Shown here one piece after another: positions 25,779 through 38,452 of a stretch of 64,000 nt of DNA (position 1 is the stretch's first letter; every line of letters starts with the position of its first letter). Source of the stretch: Octopus sinensis (Eukaryota). A model generated the notes under the pieces. The model saw nothing but the letters and a program-made list of their open reading frames with translations. It made no database searches and was not told the origin of the DNA. The stretch spans positions 92,690,001 through 92,754,000 of the forward strand of contig NC_042999.1 of the NCBI RefSeq assembly GCF_006345805.1, given 5' to 3'. The translations under genes and the position numbers were made by a program.

Positions 25779-26925
25779 ATACCTATATAAATATATGTAT
25801 ATACATATATATATATATCAAACAAGGCAAACTTGAACTGTCTATCATGTCATGTCTGATTGAGAATGGATGAACAATAGTAATCACTAGGGTCAATAAT
25901 TAGAACTAATGATTGTAGGAGACAATGAATTTTGCGGTGTTGGGGCGTTCAACGCAGAAGTAGCAGTAAGATGAAAATCACCTAATCATAAGCAGATTTT
26001 CTTTCCGAAAGTTAATGTACAGTCGTTAAGATTAAAATCGAGGTAATCTCAGTGGTTAAATGTCTTGTATGTTATTTTCGTGCAGAAGGCTTCACCAGTG
26101 ATAGGATACTGTCAACTCTTTCGCCTCTTTGTCCCATCGCATTAGCCGTAGCTGTTGTTGATGCCGTTGTTATTGTGCCTTGGAAAATATAAAGAAGAAA
26201 AATTGCAGTTTTGCAATTTGTGCCATTTTCTATATGTCTCTGAATTTCAGAAATTAAGCTTATCTTTCATAGACTAAATTAATTCCATTAATTTACGAGT
26301 TACGAAATTTATTCCACTAATTTCGCAAATCGGTATTGTTTCCAAATCATTGTGAAAAGCTAGATTAATTTTAAGGAAGACATTTTTATAATAACTTGCA
26401 ATGTAATCGAAATTTTTAGAAGTTCTCCTATTTCGTTCTTAATTTTAAAATTATCATCAGTCAGCAAGGATATGGAGTAAACGAAGCTGGTAGAAACAAC
26501 CGGTGTCTTACTGACATACGCAAATGGTATATACATCTCATTCATGAATAAGAGGAGAGGTGAAACTTTGAAAAATAAATAAGCTTGGTCAAAGTACAAT
26601 TCGTTTAAAACTGAATCGTTCTTTACGTAGCGATCATTCCGTTTTAATAATTTTCTTCAGAATGTCAAGTTAGAATACAGGAAAGATAAAATATGACAGA
26701 AGTCCGTTTAAATGGTATCCAAACCGAAGTCATAACAAATTTAATATCATTAACAATTATAAAATTAGATGGGAGTTAACGTTGATAAATTTGCAACGGT
26801 TAACACCGATGAAAGTGAGAAATTATTGAGTGTTAAATTAAGAAAATGAAGAACATTAAATATTTTATGAATACAATAACGGAAAAAAATATATATATAA
26901 ACAGTAGCTTATATTTCTCATCTTT

Positions 26926-27095
26926 AAGGCGGTGAACTGGCAGAATCGTTAGCACACCGGGTAAAATACTTAGCAAGCATTTCGTCGGTCTTTATGCTTT
27001 GAGTTCAAATACCGCTGAGGTTGACTTTGCCTTTCATCCTTTCCCGGTCGATAAAATAAGTACCACTTGAGCACTTGCGAACCTTAAACGACTTA
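26926..27095 (+). mobile_element. SINE family C
   Basis: aaggcggtgaactggcagaatcgttagcac..gagttcaaataccgctgaggttgactttgcctttcatcc..gtcgataaaataagtacc. Confidence 0.85.
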
Positions 27096-29482
27096 AGTTT
27101 CTCTGTATGTGGGATGAAATATTCTCTAAGGACATTATATATCTCCATAGAATAAAGATTATAAGTGTTATTATTCTCCCCATGTGCTTTAGCTCTCGAA
27201 CATTCACTTCCTTTAAATGATATGGTATTTAATCATCCGTTATTAAGCAAATATTGATTCCAAAAATGTCAATGTTGCAGTGTTTTTTTAAAAGGGGGGT
27301 TTTGTGAGAGAAAATCCTTAATTTAAATAGACGTGAGCTCATACTGAAGTAAACGTGGTTGTCGTTCGTACTTCTAAATATTGGTACAAAATATCAGCAG
27401 CTGGAGTTAGATTCGAGAGAGCAATTGTTGGGACCAGAGCATTTACGCAGGTCTGTTTCTGTTAGTTAATGGCATCGTTATGTTTACAAACTTTAGACGT
27501 GCCTTGACGAGCTTCATTATGGTCAGAGTTTGGGGTCGCTGATTACAAATATTTCATAGTGATTTCGTAAGATATTTTGGTGGAATATACTGTGTTTACC
27601 TGGAAATGTTTCTTAAAGCAGATTAAATACAATGTAATTCTAAACGGCAATGAGTGCTAGGTTACGTTTATTTTTCTGCTTTTGATTTTATTTGGTGGGA
27701 GGCAGACGTTGTCAGCTAATTATACTCCAAAATACGTTATTACATTTTAAGAAAAACTGAACATAATACACCTCTAAAAATATCAGCAGAAGAGGCTGTT
27801 ACTGATTTGGTGCCTCCCTAATGATAAAAGAGGTAACTATGAATGTAATAATTTTGAAAGAATGTTTTACCTGCTTAATTCTTTAATTATTTCGAAAAGA
27901 GCTTTTACTGTTTTATGAAGAAATATCTTTTTTGCCACTTCATATCTTCAGACTGTAATGTCTTTTTCGTGTTCTTCAGTTAATTATATATAAATTCTTG
28001 CAGCTCAAAGCAAAAAGATGTAGAAATAAAGCAAATAAAGAAAATACAAACAGAGACTGGAGAAGGCTGAATTACAACATGACTGCTAATCATTTCGAAA
28101 TCTAGGTAAAGTATGGTTTCAATTCAATCTCTTCTGTACTTCACTTTACATTTTACATTTTGTAGGTTTCCGAGTCTGTGTCAGGTGATAGTGTTGGAAT
28201 ATAAAGATTCTGATGTATACCTATTTAATTGACCTGGTATTGAAATACATAATTCTGAGGATCATGATAAAAAGTGTAGATGTCTTAATTTCAAGTTAGT
28301 TATTTTAGTTTTTGTTAACTGTTCTTATGGCATCATGATTTATATGCTTCTACATTAACGTCGCTATTCCTCCTCTTATCGAACCGATAAGTTATTCACA
28401 CTTTATTACATATACGAAAGAAAAGCGAAAATAAAAATATAGCTAATATATAAAAATTACGTCAGCTTGAAGTGATATGAACAAAAAAGGTGGTAATAAA
28501 TCATATGGAGTGAACATAAAAACACACACACTGACACACAATACACACATATACATCCATACATATGTATATAAACATACACTCATGCATACATGCATAC
28601 ATGCATGCATACTGCTCTCTCTCACTCTATTTCTCTCTATATATATATGTGTGTGTGTGTGTGTATACACACATGCATATATGTGTGTATACATATAAAT
28701 ATGCATATTTACATGCTCATTTACACTTCTGCCATAAAATAAATTACATAACTCAGCTATAAGAAACGCAACAAAGGAATGAAATGCGTGGCTCCTTTCC
28801 TGTAATCGTGAAGAAATTAAAGTGATTCTCTATGATTTACACACCGTTTCAGTTACAAAATTTTATTCACATGGAATAGAATAACTTCAGTTGATGATTG
28901 TCATAAAAAAAATTTGGAAATTCTATTGAAAGTGCTAAAAACATCCAAAGAGCGAATGGGTTAATAACGTCAACACATTGGAAAGTTTTCATGGTGCAGA
29001 CAAATTAAAAGATTTCGAATACATTAATCGCTTAAATGATACAGTGAAAAACTTTCTGGTTTAAAGAATTAAGAGTGAACTCTTGTTTTACACTTTAAGT
29101 GAGGTTTACGATACATTTCAATTTTTTTTATCACTAATTGCTTTACGAGGTGATTTAAGACGGGTAACAGCAACTCTATAATTAATTGATCGAAGTAGAT
29201 CTTGAATATCTACTAAAGACATACAAGCAACATTTCAAATACCATAATTTGCTTTGTATAATTTGTAACATTATTTCAGTTGCTACTGTTACTCTTAATA
29301 CGACACTATTGTTGCATTTATTTGAAAATGTGAAACCATTTTCATTCACTCAAGTTTGTATGGATGAAGTGGTTGACAGAGAAATAATGGTAATCTTAAT
29401 TCTGTTCTAGTGACTGTGTTTGCTTATACACATGTATATAAGGGGCATTTGTTCGGGGGAGTATCGGACAAGTAATATATAT

Positions 29483-29707
29483 ATATTTCTTTACTGCCCA
29501 CAAGGGGCTAAACATAGAGGGGACGAACAAAGACAGACAAATGGATTAAGTCGATTATATCGACCCCAATAACTGGTACTTATTTAATCGACCCCGAAAG
29601 GATGAAAGGTAAAGTCGACCTCGGCGGAATTTGAACTCAGAACGTAACGACAGACGAAATACCGCTAAGCATTTCATCCGGTGCGCTAACGTTTCTACCA
29701 GCTTCAC
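29483..29707 (-). mobile_element. SINE family C, near full length, tail subtype 1
   Basis: rc head ctggtagaaacgttagcgcaccgg..gagttcaaattccgccgaggtcgac; tail cccctctatgtttagccccttgtgggcagtaaagaaat. Confidence 0.9.
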
Positions 29708-31153
29708 AAGTAATAAATATATATCAGTGATCTTCATTAAGATCGTGCGTATGATGTGCAATTAGTGTGACCGTTTTAACTCTTCTAATAGATATAAATT
29801 TTGTTGAGAACTTTGCTGTGGCAGTGATAATCTGTTTATAACTTTATGTACGATCACAGTTAGCTAGATTATATAGCAGACCCTTGTGTATTTTAGATAT
29901 TTTTCGGTAAAAAGAATTGAGCTACGTTAATAACTGCATTCTTAAACTGCTCCTTGACACTCAATACTCAACTTCTATATTACATTCTCGGAGGTATAGT
30001 CATTAGATGTCAAGTTAATTTGAGCTGATATTATTTATAAGATTATTTATGTTGTAGCCTTCTGATTCTCTGAACGCAACATAGCCGAATGATTAAGCAG
30101 ATCGTATCGCAAAACCTAGTTCAATAAATACTTAGTTTAACAGCAAGTGCTATTTCCATCTATACACCATTTCCTGACAACTCTTCTGTACTTATGATAA
30201 CAAATTCTTATCGTCAGGTTGAGAAACCAACTTATATTATATATGTACTTTTATATGTCCGTATCCGTGTGTACGTATGTATGTGTGTGTGCTTATGTGT
30301 GCGTGCGTGTGTGTAAAAGATTTTTATATAATTTTAAAGCTACTTTGCTATCAGTAAATTTTATGAGAAAGGTTCTTCATTTGACAACATACTTTGGTTA
30401 GGGGCAACGTTGTAAAAAGCTGAAATGAATCCCATATTAGTGTAGAGATCGCATAACTGACCTGATTCTGTTTCCATCTTTGAGCTTATTTAGAAAAAAG
30501 ATTTAATCACCTTATTTGTAAGACTTCAATACATTTACAACGACTGGCATATATATTTGTATTTTATTGCAACCGTCTCCACAACAGCTCCAGCAGCTGT
30601 GAACTTATAAGATTAATATTGCTTCCACAACGAGGGGGCCTCTGTGTGGGTATCGGTCGTGCACGAAATAATAGTCAACTTTCATTCAAAGCATTTCATA
30701 TTCTCTTATAACGGAACAACCCAAACGAAAAACTAGAATTACATCATGTATTTAGGGGTGCACACACTTGAAATTGCGAAGAAATCTAGAATGCTCTTGA
30801 TTATAGGTCTGACTACTCAGGATTGACACCAACAATGACACAGTCAGGAGGCCGGAAGAGTCTGTTCAAGACGGCAACAACAACGCCGCTGCCGCCTCTG
30901 CAACTGTGTAGATTTTTCTGTATCTCTCTATTAGTATATCGTAGAAATTTGATCTATCTGATCTTGTCCACAGTTTCTTGTCATAATTAATAACGGTTTC
31001 TCGTGCTGTTAATAGTATGTCGACATCTAACTTAGGCTGAAATTTTTCATTGCAAATATGAGTGCAGTATGGTCAATAATAAAACAAAGCACACCCGTAT
31101 AAAGTATTATCCATTATGTGACATGTTCCTTGAAGACGCCTTATGTGTATAAA

Positions 31154-31315
31154 TACGACGGGCTTCTTTCAGTTTCCATCAACCAAATTCACTCATAAGG
31201 TTTTAGTCGGCCCAAGGCTATAGTAGAAGATACTTTCCCAAAGTGGCACGCAGTGGGACTGAACCCGGAACCATGTGGTTGGTAAGCAAGCTACTTACCT
31301 CAGCTACTCCTGCGC

Positions 31316-31320
<5 letters not shown>
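31154..31320 (-). mobile_element. SINE family A, 5' half
   Basis: Near-identical to 12365-12527. Confidence 0.9.
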
Positions 31321-31349
<29 letters not shown>

Positions 31350-31699
31350 AGAGAGAGAAGAAAGAGAAAAGATGAAAAAACACAAAAGATTTGTTTTACA
31401 GGATTTAAGAGTATATTAGAGCCATGATAATAAAGATATACAATTTTGTACAAAATAAGGTTTTGTTCTTTCAACATAATTGAAGTAAGGACCAGTTTCG
31501 TATTGCTGATCAAACGGATAGTTGAAAGAGATAAATTGCTAGGGGAAACAAATTGGCTAGGGGAGATATTTGTTCACTCATTTATTTTGCAGTAAAGGGG
31601 AGGTAAATCTGTAATTTTATTATTTTTGTTCTCTAATTTATTCTGGCTTATATCTTCCATTCGATGGGGAAAGTCCTTTCTTTTTAATATGGGTTCATA

Positions 31700-32700
31700 T
31701 TTAATTCTATTTTATAGTTTTAGATAAAAGAGGCTTCTTTATTCAGTCTTACTGGAGTTGAGGTCCAGAAGGCAAGTTGATAAAATGGGTAAAATACGAA
31801 TTGTCGTTGTGGTCGTTCTGCACATTTGTCGACGTGTTGCTAAGGTATATTTGGTAATATTGTGGGGAGGAAATTTGTTGTCTCTGGACCGTACACTTCT
31901 TTGGATCGAATTTCTTGTTGAGCCAATATAGTTTCGATGGCAGCCCGAGCATCCGATTACGTAAATGAGGTTTTGAGAGGCGCAAGTGAAGTTAAATTTC
32001 ATTTTGAATATTTGTCCTCCTCTGAAATGGAATTCCGTTCCTTCCAACAGAATGGGACAGGTTCCTCAATTAGGGTGACTACACTTTACGACTCTTGCGT
32101 CCGCTGTTCTAAAGAATAGTTTGGCATTGGTGAGAATTTTCTTCAACGTCTTAGGCTGTTTGCTGCTCTTGATGATTTTATGGTTATGTTGAATTTCCTT
32201 AAGGTTGGGGTCCCTATGGAGTATTGGAAGATTTTGGACGATGATATTGAATGCTTTTTTGTCTCTGGTATTGTATGTGGAAATATAAGTTAGTGATTTG
32301 AAGGTAGCTGTGTTGTCGTTTTGGGCTTTTCTTAATATTTTAATATTATTCGATTTTGCACGTTTAATTTCTTCATTTACTAGTTGAGTTGGGTAGTGTC
32401 TGTCCAGGCGTATATTTTTAAGCTCTTGCAATCTTAGTTCTCCGGTATTTTTTGCGGATATTATAGTGCAAATCCTTCTTGCAAAGTTGAAGGGGATATT
32501 TGTTTTGATATATCTCTAGGGTGACATGAGCTGAATACTAGATATTGTTTAGCCTCTTTGGTCTTGTAAAATGCATGTTTCTATTTTCTGGTTATTTTTT
32601 AAATCAGTATGTCTAGGAATGGGAGTTCATCGTGGTGGTATTCTATTCTATTGTGAATTGTATGTTGATGTTAATCTTATTGAGAAGTCTTTTGAACGCC
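31700..32700 (-). mobile_element. Penelope-like element: RT C-terminus/thumb and GIY-YIG endonuclease (pseudogenised)
   Basis: AFKRLLNKININIQFT, ELPFLDIL, TNIPFNFARRICTII, LDRHYPTQLV, FTCASQNLIYVIGCSGCHRNYIGST. A probable pLTR continues to ~31340 with a hammerhead relic at 31490-31513. Confidence 0.9.
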
Positions 32701-32927
32701 AAAACAACCATTTCATGCTTCACACCACTGCTTATCACCAAAAGTCTGAAATTGCAATGGGAACCAGGGCAGCCCCAATCATTGTCAATCTAACAATGGA
32801 CTATTTAGAAATAACAATATATCAGGAGTCTCTTTCAAAATTTGGAAATTCTATCTACGAATACATGAAAGAAAATTCGAAAAGATTTTTGTACGACTGC
32901 TTCAGCCTCTGGAATGAAAACAGAGGC
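32701..32927 (+). mobile_element. Inverted 5' segment of the same Penelope RT (catalytic region)
   Basis: NNHFMLHTTAYHQKSEIAMGTRAAPIIVNLTMDYLE..KRFLYDCFSLWNENRG, corresponding to the QxxGxAMG and RYxDD motifs. Confidence 0.88.
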
Positions 32928-33209
32928 CGTTGTTTATTATCCCATTATATCGTACGTCGAACGTGCGATACAACAGAGGCGACGGGAATTCGGACAATAT
33001 CGCCACTGATACAGCAGTGGCGTCGAAGTTTGGAAGATTACCGAGGATTCGAACAATAATGAAACTAAAAATAGTCCCGAAAAAGAAGAGTTACTGAAGC
33101 CAGTCGTAAAACAACAAGAGCAACTGCAGAAGTTAACAGTCGTTACTGCAGTAGGGAAATACGACAGAATCATTTTCAGTGGGAGGTGTATATATATATA
33201 TATAATTGT

Positions 33210-33400
33210 ACTTCATTCAGTCATGAGGCAGCGGGCATCCTGAAGCACTGCCTTGCACGATTTTCTATCGAGTGAATCGATCTGAGGAATCTTTTTAAGT
33301 GTAGTACTTATTCTATCAGTCTCTTTGGGCCGACCGCTGCCTTTCGAGGACATCAACCCATCAACACCTGTTTCCAAAGGGTAGTCGTAGCCAAAACAGA
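33210..33400 (-). mobile_element. SINE family A, very degenerate 3' half
   Basis: ttcagtcat..tagtacttattctatcagtctctttgggccgaccgc. Confidence 0.6.
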
Positions 33401-33436
33401 CACAATGACACACATAAACGAACACAGACGCATATG

Positions 33437-33479
<43 letters not shown>

Positions 33480-33679
33480 TGTGTGTGTGTGTGTGCGTGT
33501 GCGTGTGTGCGTGCGTGTGTGTGTGTGCATATGTATGTATGTGTATGTGTATGTATGCATGCATGCATATACGTCGCCGAGTTAACATGGAAGGTCTTAA
33601 CGGCAATGTAGACAGCCATAGACACAATGCCACACACACACACATGGCATCCGATGCTACAATTATTTGTATATTATAG

Positions 33680-33710
<31 letters not shown>

Positions 33711-34369
33711 TGTATTATTATATGATTGAATGCCACGCAACCTTTTCCAAATAAGGTTTATCTTAATAAATGTGATGGGTATTTTACTGTCTTTTTACTC
33801 TTTCGCTTTCTCTCTTTCTCTCTCTTAATCTTTTACCTCTTCTTCTCCCATTATTCTATCCTATTACCCTTTCGTTTTTTCTCTCTTATTCTTCTATGTC
33901 CCCTTCTCTCCCTCCTGTTTTTCTCACTTATCCTATCTCCAATTTGTTCCTCTCCCCTTCATAGTTCTCTGTCTGTCATTATCTCTCCTCACTCTTCCTT
34001 GCTTGCTTACATGGATCCCACGTGATCATCAGCTATCTTTCTTCTAACTTGTGTGTCTTTCTTTCTCTACGTTGTGGCTGTATCAAGGAAGACGTGTTCT
34101 TGTCTGTCTCTTGTTCGCCACCACAAATTCGTTTAGGCTTAGCAGCCCTTCCTGTTTCTTTTCACTGTCCTGTTTGTGTTACCAATTTTGAAATTCCGTA
34201 AAATCCCAAGTTTTATTTACTTTGCTTTGCGGAAACAACAGTTTTTTTTTTTCGAAGGCGTATTTTGTTGTTAAATACTCGAAATACGAGAGTAGAAAAA
34301 CAGCCAACAACTGATAAAGGGTAGTTCTTTGTGTTGTTTGTGTTGTTTTATACACTTGCAATATGATTC

Positions 34370-35570
34370 TAGCAACTATAACCAACACTCCCACACACAT
34401 ATACACATATGTAAAAACGTACATGCACACACCTACACACACCACCCCGAAATTACAAATCACATTCACACAAACACACCCACACATACACAGATACACA
34501 AACAAATACGCAACTACAACACAACCCACACAAACACACACGCATTTATGCACACCTGTGCACACACACACACACAATACGCCCGTACACCAATAATAAA
34601 ATCACACACACACACTCAACAGAAAAAAACACATATACTCATAATACAATCCCAACAACCACAACAAATACTCACAAACACACATACACACAAGCATGCA
34701 CACACAATGACACACACCTCCCCGACAAATACAAGACACATAGACACACTCACACACACACACACGTAGACACACACACTGCACTAACAATACAAACAAA
34801 ACAAATCACTCACAAATGCAGCTCACACACATGTGCACACACACACACACTTCCGAAAATTACATAAACCATACCCACATATATATATACACACACACAC
34901 ACGCATACTCAATACCAACACACACAAAATGCATATGCACACACATACACACCAACTAGATAAACCCAACACACATTGACACGCACAGAACCCCTGATAA
35001 ATACAACACACTTACACACACATGCCCATCCACACATACATATGCATCCTCAAACACGCATACGGTTGCTCACATACACACACACACAACAAGGACAATT
35101 AAAACACAAATATACTCAGACAGATTTAACACACACACTCACGTACACCCACATAACATCCCGACCAACACAAAAAAACACACACACAACGCACACACAG
35201 AAGCACACATACACACACGCGAACAAAATCATATACACACACATACGCACGCACAACACCATAACAAATGCTAATCACACGCATTTACACACACACACAA
35301 CACCAGGACAATCATAGCACAAACATATTCAAACTGAGACACACACACTCTTGTACAGACACACTCACATACACACACATAATATCCCCATCAACACAAA
35401 AAACACACAAACATACACACGCACCCACAGACGTACACATACACGCACGCGAACAAACACACACTTGCGCACACACAACACCCGAAAAAATATTAATCAC
35501 ACACATACACACACAAACGTGCACACATACACACACACACAGACGTACACAGAGGCACACACACACACCA
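34370..35570. repeat. ~1.2-kb strand-asymmetric degenerate CA/A-rich tract with internal ~200-bp duplicated blocks
   Basis: Almost G-free plus strand. The block ggacaat..cacacacactc..cacataa.atccc..caacacaaaaaa..cgcgaacaaa recurs at ~35090-35230 and ~35305-35460. Confidence 0.85.
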
Positions 35571-36078
35571 TTATGACCTTCAAGACCAGTCGCCAAAACC
35601 ACTGAACCATGAAACCAAAAAAATCCTTTCAATTCCACATTGCTCTCCTTAAAATAGCAAATAACCCTTAGCTCCACACAAAATAAAAATGATAAAACAG
35701 GTCAGTTCTTTGTAAACTCCTAAGTATATCTCCTTCTGTGTATATATATACACTACCAAATATGATCTTTTTTGAACTCATAATACCTTTCTGCGTATAT
35801 ATATAGATACTTCTAAACAAACATAATTTTTAAGGAACTCCTAATATTTTTATTGAAGTTTTTAATATTTTCTCAAGATATTTCCTTGTAAACTATTTCT
35901 AACATTTTCTTATTTTTATGAAAGAATGTAAACATGCATTTTAATATTTTGTGACAAACAGTACTTAACACAACAAAGCTTAAACAAAGCTTTTACATTT
36001 TACTTTTGACAATCTTTTTCTAAAAAACGTGAATCCGTTCAAGTGAATAAACATCTTTAAAATTGCATTTTCAAACCT

Positions 36079-36117
<39 letters not shown>

Positions 36118-36523
36118 CTGGCTTAGAGAAGAAGAAGAAACGAAACGAAACGAAACGAATCGAATCGAATCGACGCGAGGGCGCTCAGTCATACAATAGT
36201 GTAATAAATAAAATATATGCATACATACATATATGTACGTACCTACATCTACATGTATGTATGCATGCATATATAAATATATATATACTTGTATGGATAC
36301 ACAAACACTTAAACACACACGCAGGCATATATATAAATCGACACTTACATTATTATATATCTCAATCGAAACTGTCCCATTAACGGGAAACAGAAACTCT
36401 GAGTTGCACTATTTTGTGATATTTTTCTTTTGTTTCTGCAACTTTAATAAAAATAAAACATATTACTTTACCTCCGGTATTCGAGTACTATTTTTCCCAC
36501 CTTGTCTTACATGTATGTGTTTA

Positions 36524-36605
<82 letters not shown>

Positions 36606-38452
36606 CTCGACATGGACGGACGCTAGCCAAATCGGCTCCACGTAAGTTGGCCACTTTTACATGTTTAAAACTCCTTGTTGCCAAATATTTTGTTTTAATC
36701 ATTGTGCAAGTTCATTCACTAAAAAACCTGAGAATTATTCACGTAGAATTCCGCCCCTGTATGGGCGAAATTACCAAAAACTTTCAAAACTTTCGTGGGT
36801 TCCTTTTAGCCATTTTTCATTTTGAAAATGGCAACTAGAAACCACCTGGCTGGCCCGCCAGTCATGCGGAACGGTAGCGAAACACTATTGCTACCACTAG
36901 CTGCTAAACCTCGCAGCTTGAACACCGCTGTCACCACCACCACCACCACCAACAACAACAACAAAACTAACGTCGCAAGACCATTTACTTAGATTTCCCC
37001 CACTCCCTACACCACTTGACGATGATAAAAGGACGGAGAAAGGGATTTCAAAAACGAATACAGACGAAAACATGAATGCCAGCACCACCACCATCACCAC
37101 CACCAACAACAACAACAACGAAATCGGCACAAAGCCGCCTACCAAAGACAACACCGCCAACACCAACACCACTACCACGACGTCAACTGCTACAACTAAC
37201 CCTTCTGCTGCTAACACCGTCAAAATTAAAACGAATTTCGCGGATGCGACAAAACAAAAACGAACAATCGTAAAATTCACCACACAGGAAATAAACCTCA
37301 CAAAAGCATTCTTCACCAAAGAAGGAGACAAATTGCATCTCCACATTCCACAACACATTGTGGAAAACACACAAAAAAACTCCAATAATCTACAAAGTAA
37401 TAAACAAGGAAACAAGACGACCAGAAAATGCACCGCAGAAAAAAATTTAAAAATGCCTTCGTCCTGCATGGGACTCCAAGGAGTATATCAGTTGGGGAAA
37501 TAAATTTGGTACAGTCCAAGTAGGTTTCCTCAACGAAAATTTAGCAAAACGATTTTCCACATTGGAGCTGCATTCAGACGACTGGGTAATGATACCAATC
37601 TATTTAAACCAGAGAGTGACGAAAGTCCAAATAAAGAATGTACCCCCTGAAGTCGAAACACAATGGTTAGTCTCTACCATCTGCTTTGAAATGGCAGAGA
37701 CAATGGCAGAGACAAACATCCTTGAAATCGCTGTTCTAGGACAGAAAGACTATGTGGGAAAATCAATCCAATTCCTTCTTCAACTGGATAAAACAGCAAG
37801 AGAAAAGATACCCACCACCATACAACTGCCAGGAGACTACAAACTTTATGTAGTGGTAGAGGGCAGGCGACCACGTTGCTATTTGTGTGGAAGCGAAACA
37901 CACTTGAAAAAGACGTGCCCAACCACTGCACACCAAGAGCAACAACAACAACCACTACCACAACTAAAACACTCCGGAAAAAAGACTCTACTACCCACAC
38001 CACCATCAACACAGAAGACGACAAGAGAACACACCAAGCTAATCCGTCAACAACCAAAAATTACTCAACACCTGAGAAAATAGCAACACCACCAACAACA
38101 GCTAGAACCAAAGGAACAGAAAAACAGAAAATACACAAAAACTGATTCCCCATCCCTTATACCGCACTCACCACACACAAACACTCAACAACCAACAGCA
38201 ACGAAAACAACAGCCCAACCACTTACACAGTCATACATAGAAGCCTACAACATACCCCTACCCCCTACTGACTCCTCAGAAATTTCGTCGGAAGATGAAA
38301 CCAGTGAGGAATGGCAAATAGCTACACCACCTTTTTTTGTTTTTTTTGTTTCTGTTTTTTTTGGGGTCTTTTTTCATCCCACAAAAGAAAAGCTCTACCT
38401 TGTAATTTCTCCCATCTGTGTGCAGCCCTGTGTGGCCAATAAATAAACTTAT
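36606..38452 (+). mobile_element. ORF1-only non-LTR retroposon (5' UTR, disrupted ORF1 with CCHC knuckle, 3' tail), flanked by (ATCT)n
   Basis: ATG at 36828. Frame pieces CLRPAWDSKEYISWGNKFGTVQVGF..IPIYLNQRVTKVQIKNVPPE..VVEGRRPRCYLCGSETHLKKTCP (CX2CX4HX4C at 37877-37918). No EN or RT motifs before the AATAAA tail. Confidence 0.75.

Noticed and set aside
26425-26465. Minus-strand CTGATGA-hairpin-GAAA
   Set aside because: There are five extra bases between stem II and GAAA, and no stem III or UH triplet.
28945-28967. piggyBac-like terminus gagcgaatgggttaa
   Set aside because: No matching left end found.
30814-30910. Open frames around ggcaacaacaacgccgctgccgcc
   Set aside because: Probably a decayed trinucleotide repeat, with weak splice signals on both strands.
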